Below, in pieces: positions 63,432 through 64,000 of a stretch of 64,000 nt of DNA. The DNA is from Macrostomum lignano (lineage: Eukaryota). The stretch spans positions 5,303 to 69,302 of the forward strand of contig NIVC01003929.1 in assembly GCA_002269645.1 (NCBI GenBank). Reading direction: 5' to 3'. The position numbers and the translations under genes were made by a program. Position 1 is the stretch's first letter; every line of letters begins with the position of its first letter. A model generated the notes under the pieces. It did no database searches and was not told the origin of the DNA. It saw only the letters and a program-made list of their open reading frames with translations.

Positions 63432-63848
63432 AAAATGACTAGATAGACACATATACTTAGTAAAACAGCTTTCTACTTTCAGTTCAGTAGCAAATAAGAA
63501 TACATAAAACTATTTTATAAAGATAAAGGCAACTGAAATGACTTTGATAAGTTTAGAAGCCCAAGCTTGCAGGCGTAAACAACTTGCTAATTGGTTCAGC
63601 AACAATGTACATTAGCCAGTGCACTGAGATGTACATGGCAGCTTTAGGCTGGAATTCCGAGAGGCAATAAAAATTGGGGTGGGGCGGGGGGTAGTGTGGA
63701 AAGGCGCGCTTAGAGGGTTTAAACTGGGGGGGGGGTAAGAGCTAATAACTGAGCCTTGGCTTTAAAATACATTAAATGTTTCTGTTTAACTTACTACTGA
63801 ACTGAAAGTACATTACACGCAAATGTGCTGAGTGGCCTATCTAGTTTT
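63432..63848 (-). mobile_element. ~420-bp MITE, copy 3 (inverted, PMS2 intron)
   Basis: Reverse complement is colinear with copies 1 and 2. Confidence 0.85.
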
Positions 63849-63867
63849 TCGGGTCTATGAAATGCTA

Positions 63868-64000
63868 GCAGGAAATCTGCTAGCCGAAGTTTGCTAGCCG
63901 AAATGTGCTAGCCGAATGTGCTAGCCGAAATGTGCTAGCCGAAATGTGCTAGCCGAAATGTGCTAGCCGAAATCTGCTAGACGAAATCTGCTAGCCGAAG
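63868..64000. repeat. 14-bp minisatellite TGTGCTAGCCGAAA (runs off the window end)
   Basis: Directly visible. Confidence 0.93.

Overview
Eukaryotic (animal) genomic DNA. Roughly a third of the window is tandem repeat: more than 30 unrelated micro- and minisatellite arrays separating GC-rich coding islands. The Lox2/Lox4-type Hox signature points to a spiralian, and the overall style resembles the flatworm Macrostomum (inference only). Supported genes: (1) two intronless orphan class-A-like 7TM receptors (4363-5694 -, 38302-39693 -); (2) a Mab-21/cGAS-like (cGLR) nucleotidyltransferase-fold exon (28915-30823 +) with a degenerate catalytic motif, which can be joined in phase to two upstream ORFs to give a ~1131-aa protein with an unknown N-terminal half; (3) a two-exon divergent Lox2/Lox4 (Ubx/abd-A group) Hox gene (31930-33706 +), which the ORF track misses; (4) a THAP zinc-finger exon (48485-48800 -); (5) the 3' six exons of a PMS2 mismatch-repair gene (58444-63268 -) carrying two candidate inactivating lesions. 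Mobile DNA: two tRNA-derived SINE families, a three-copy MITE, a 44-bp-TIR foldback element containing a Hox-adjacent minisatellite, RTE-like LINE and Tc1 remnants, and a 1301-bp tandem duplication. No CRISPR, rRNA or intact tRNA. All splice models were built by hand from GT/AG sites and phase, not from transcript data.
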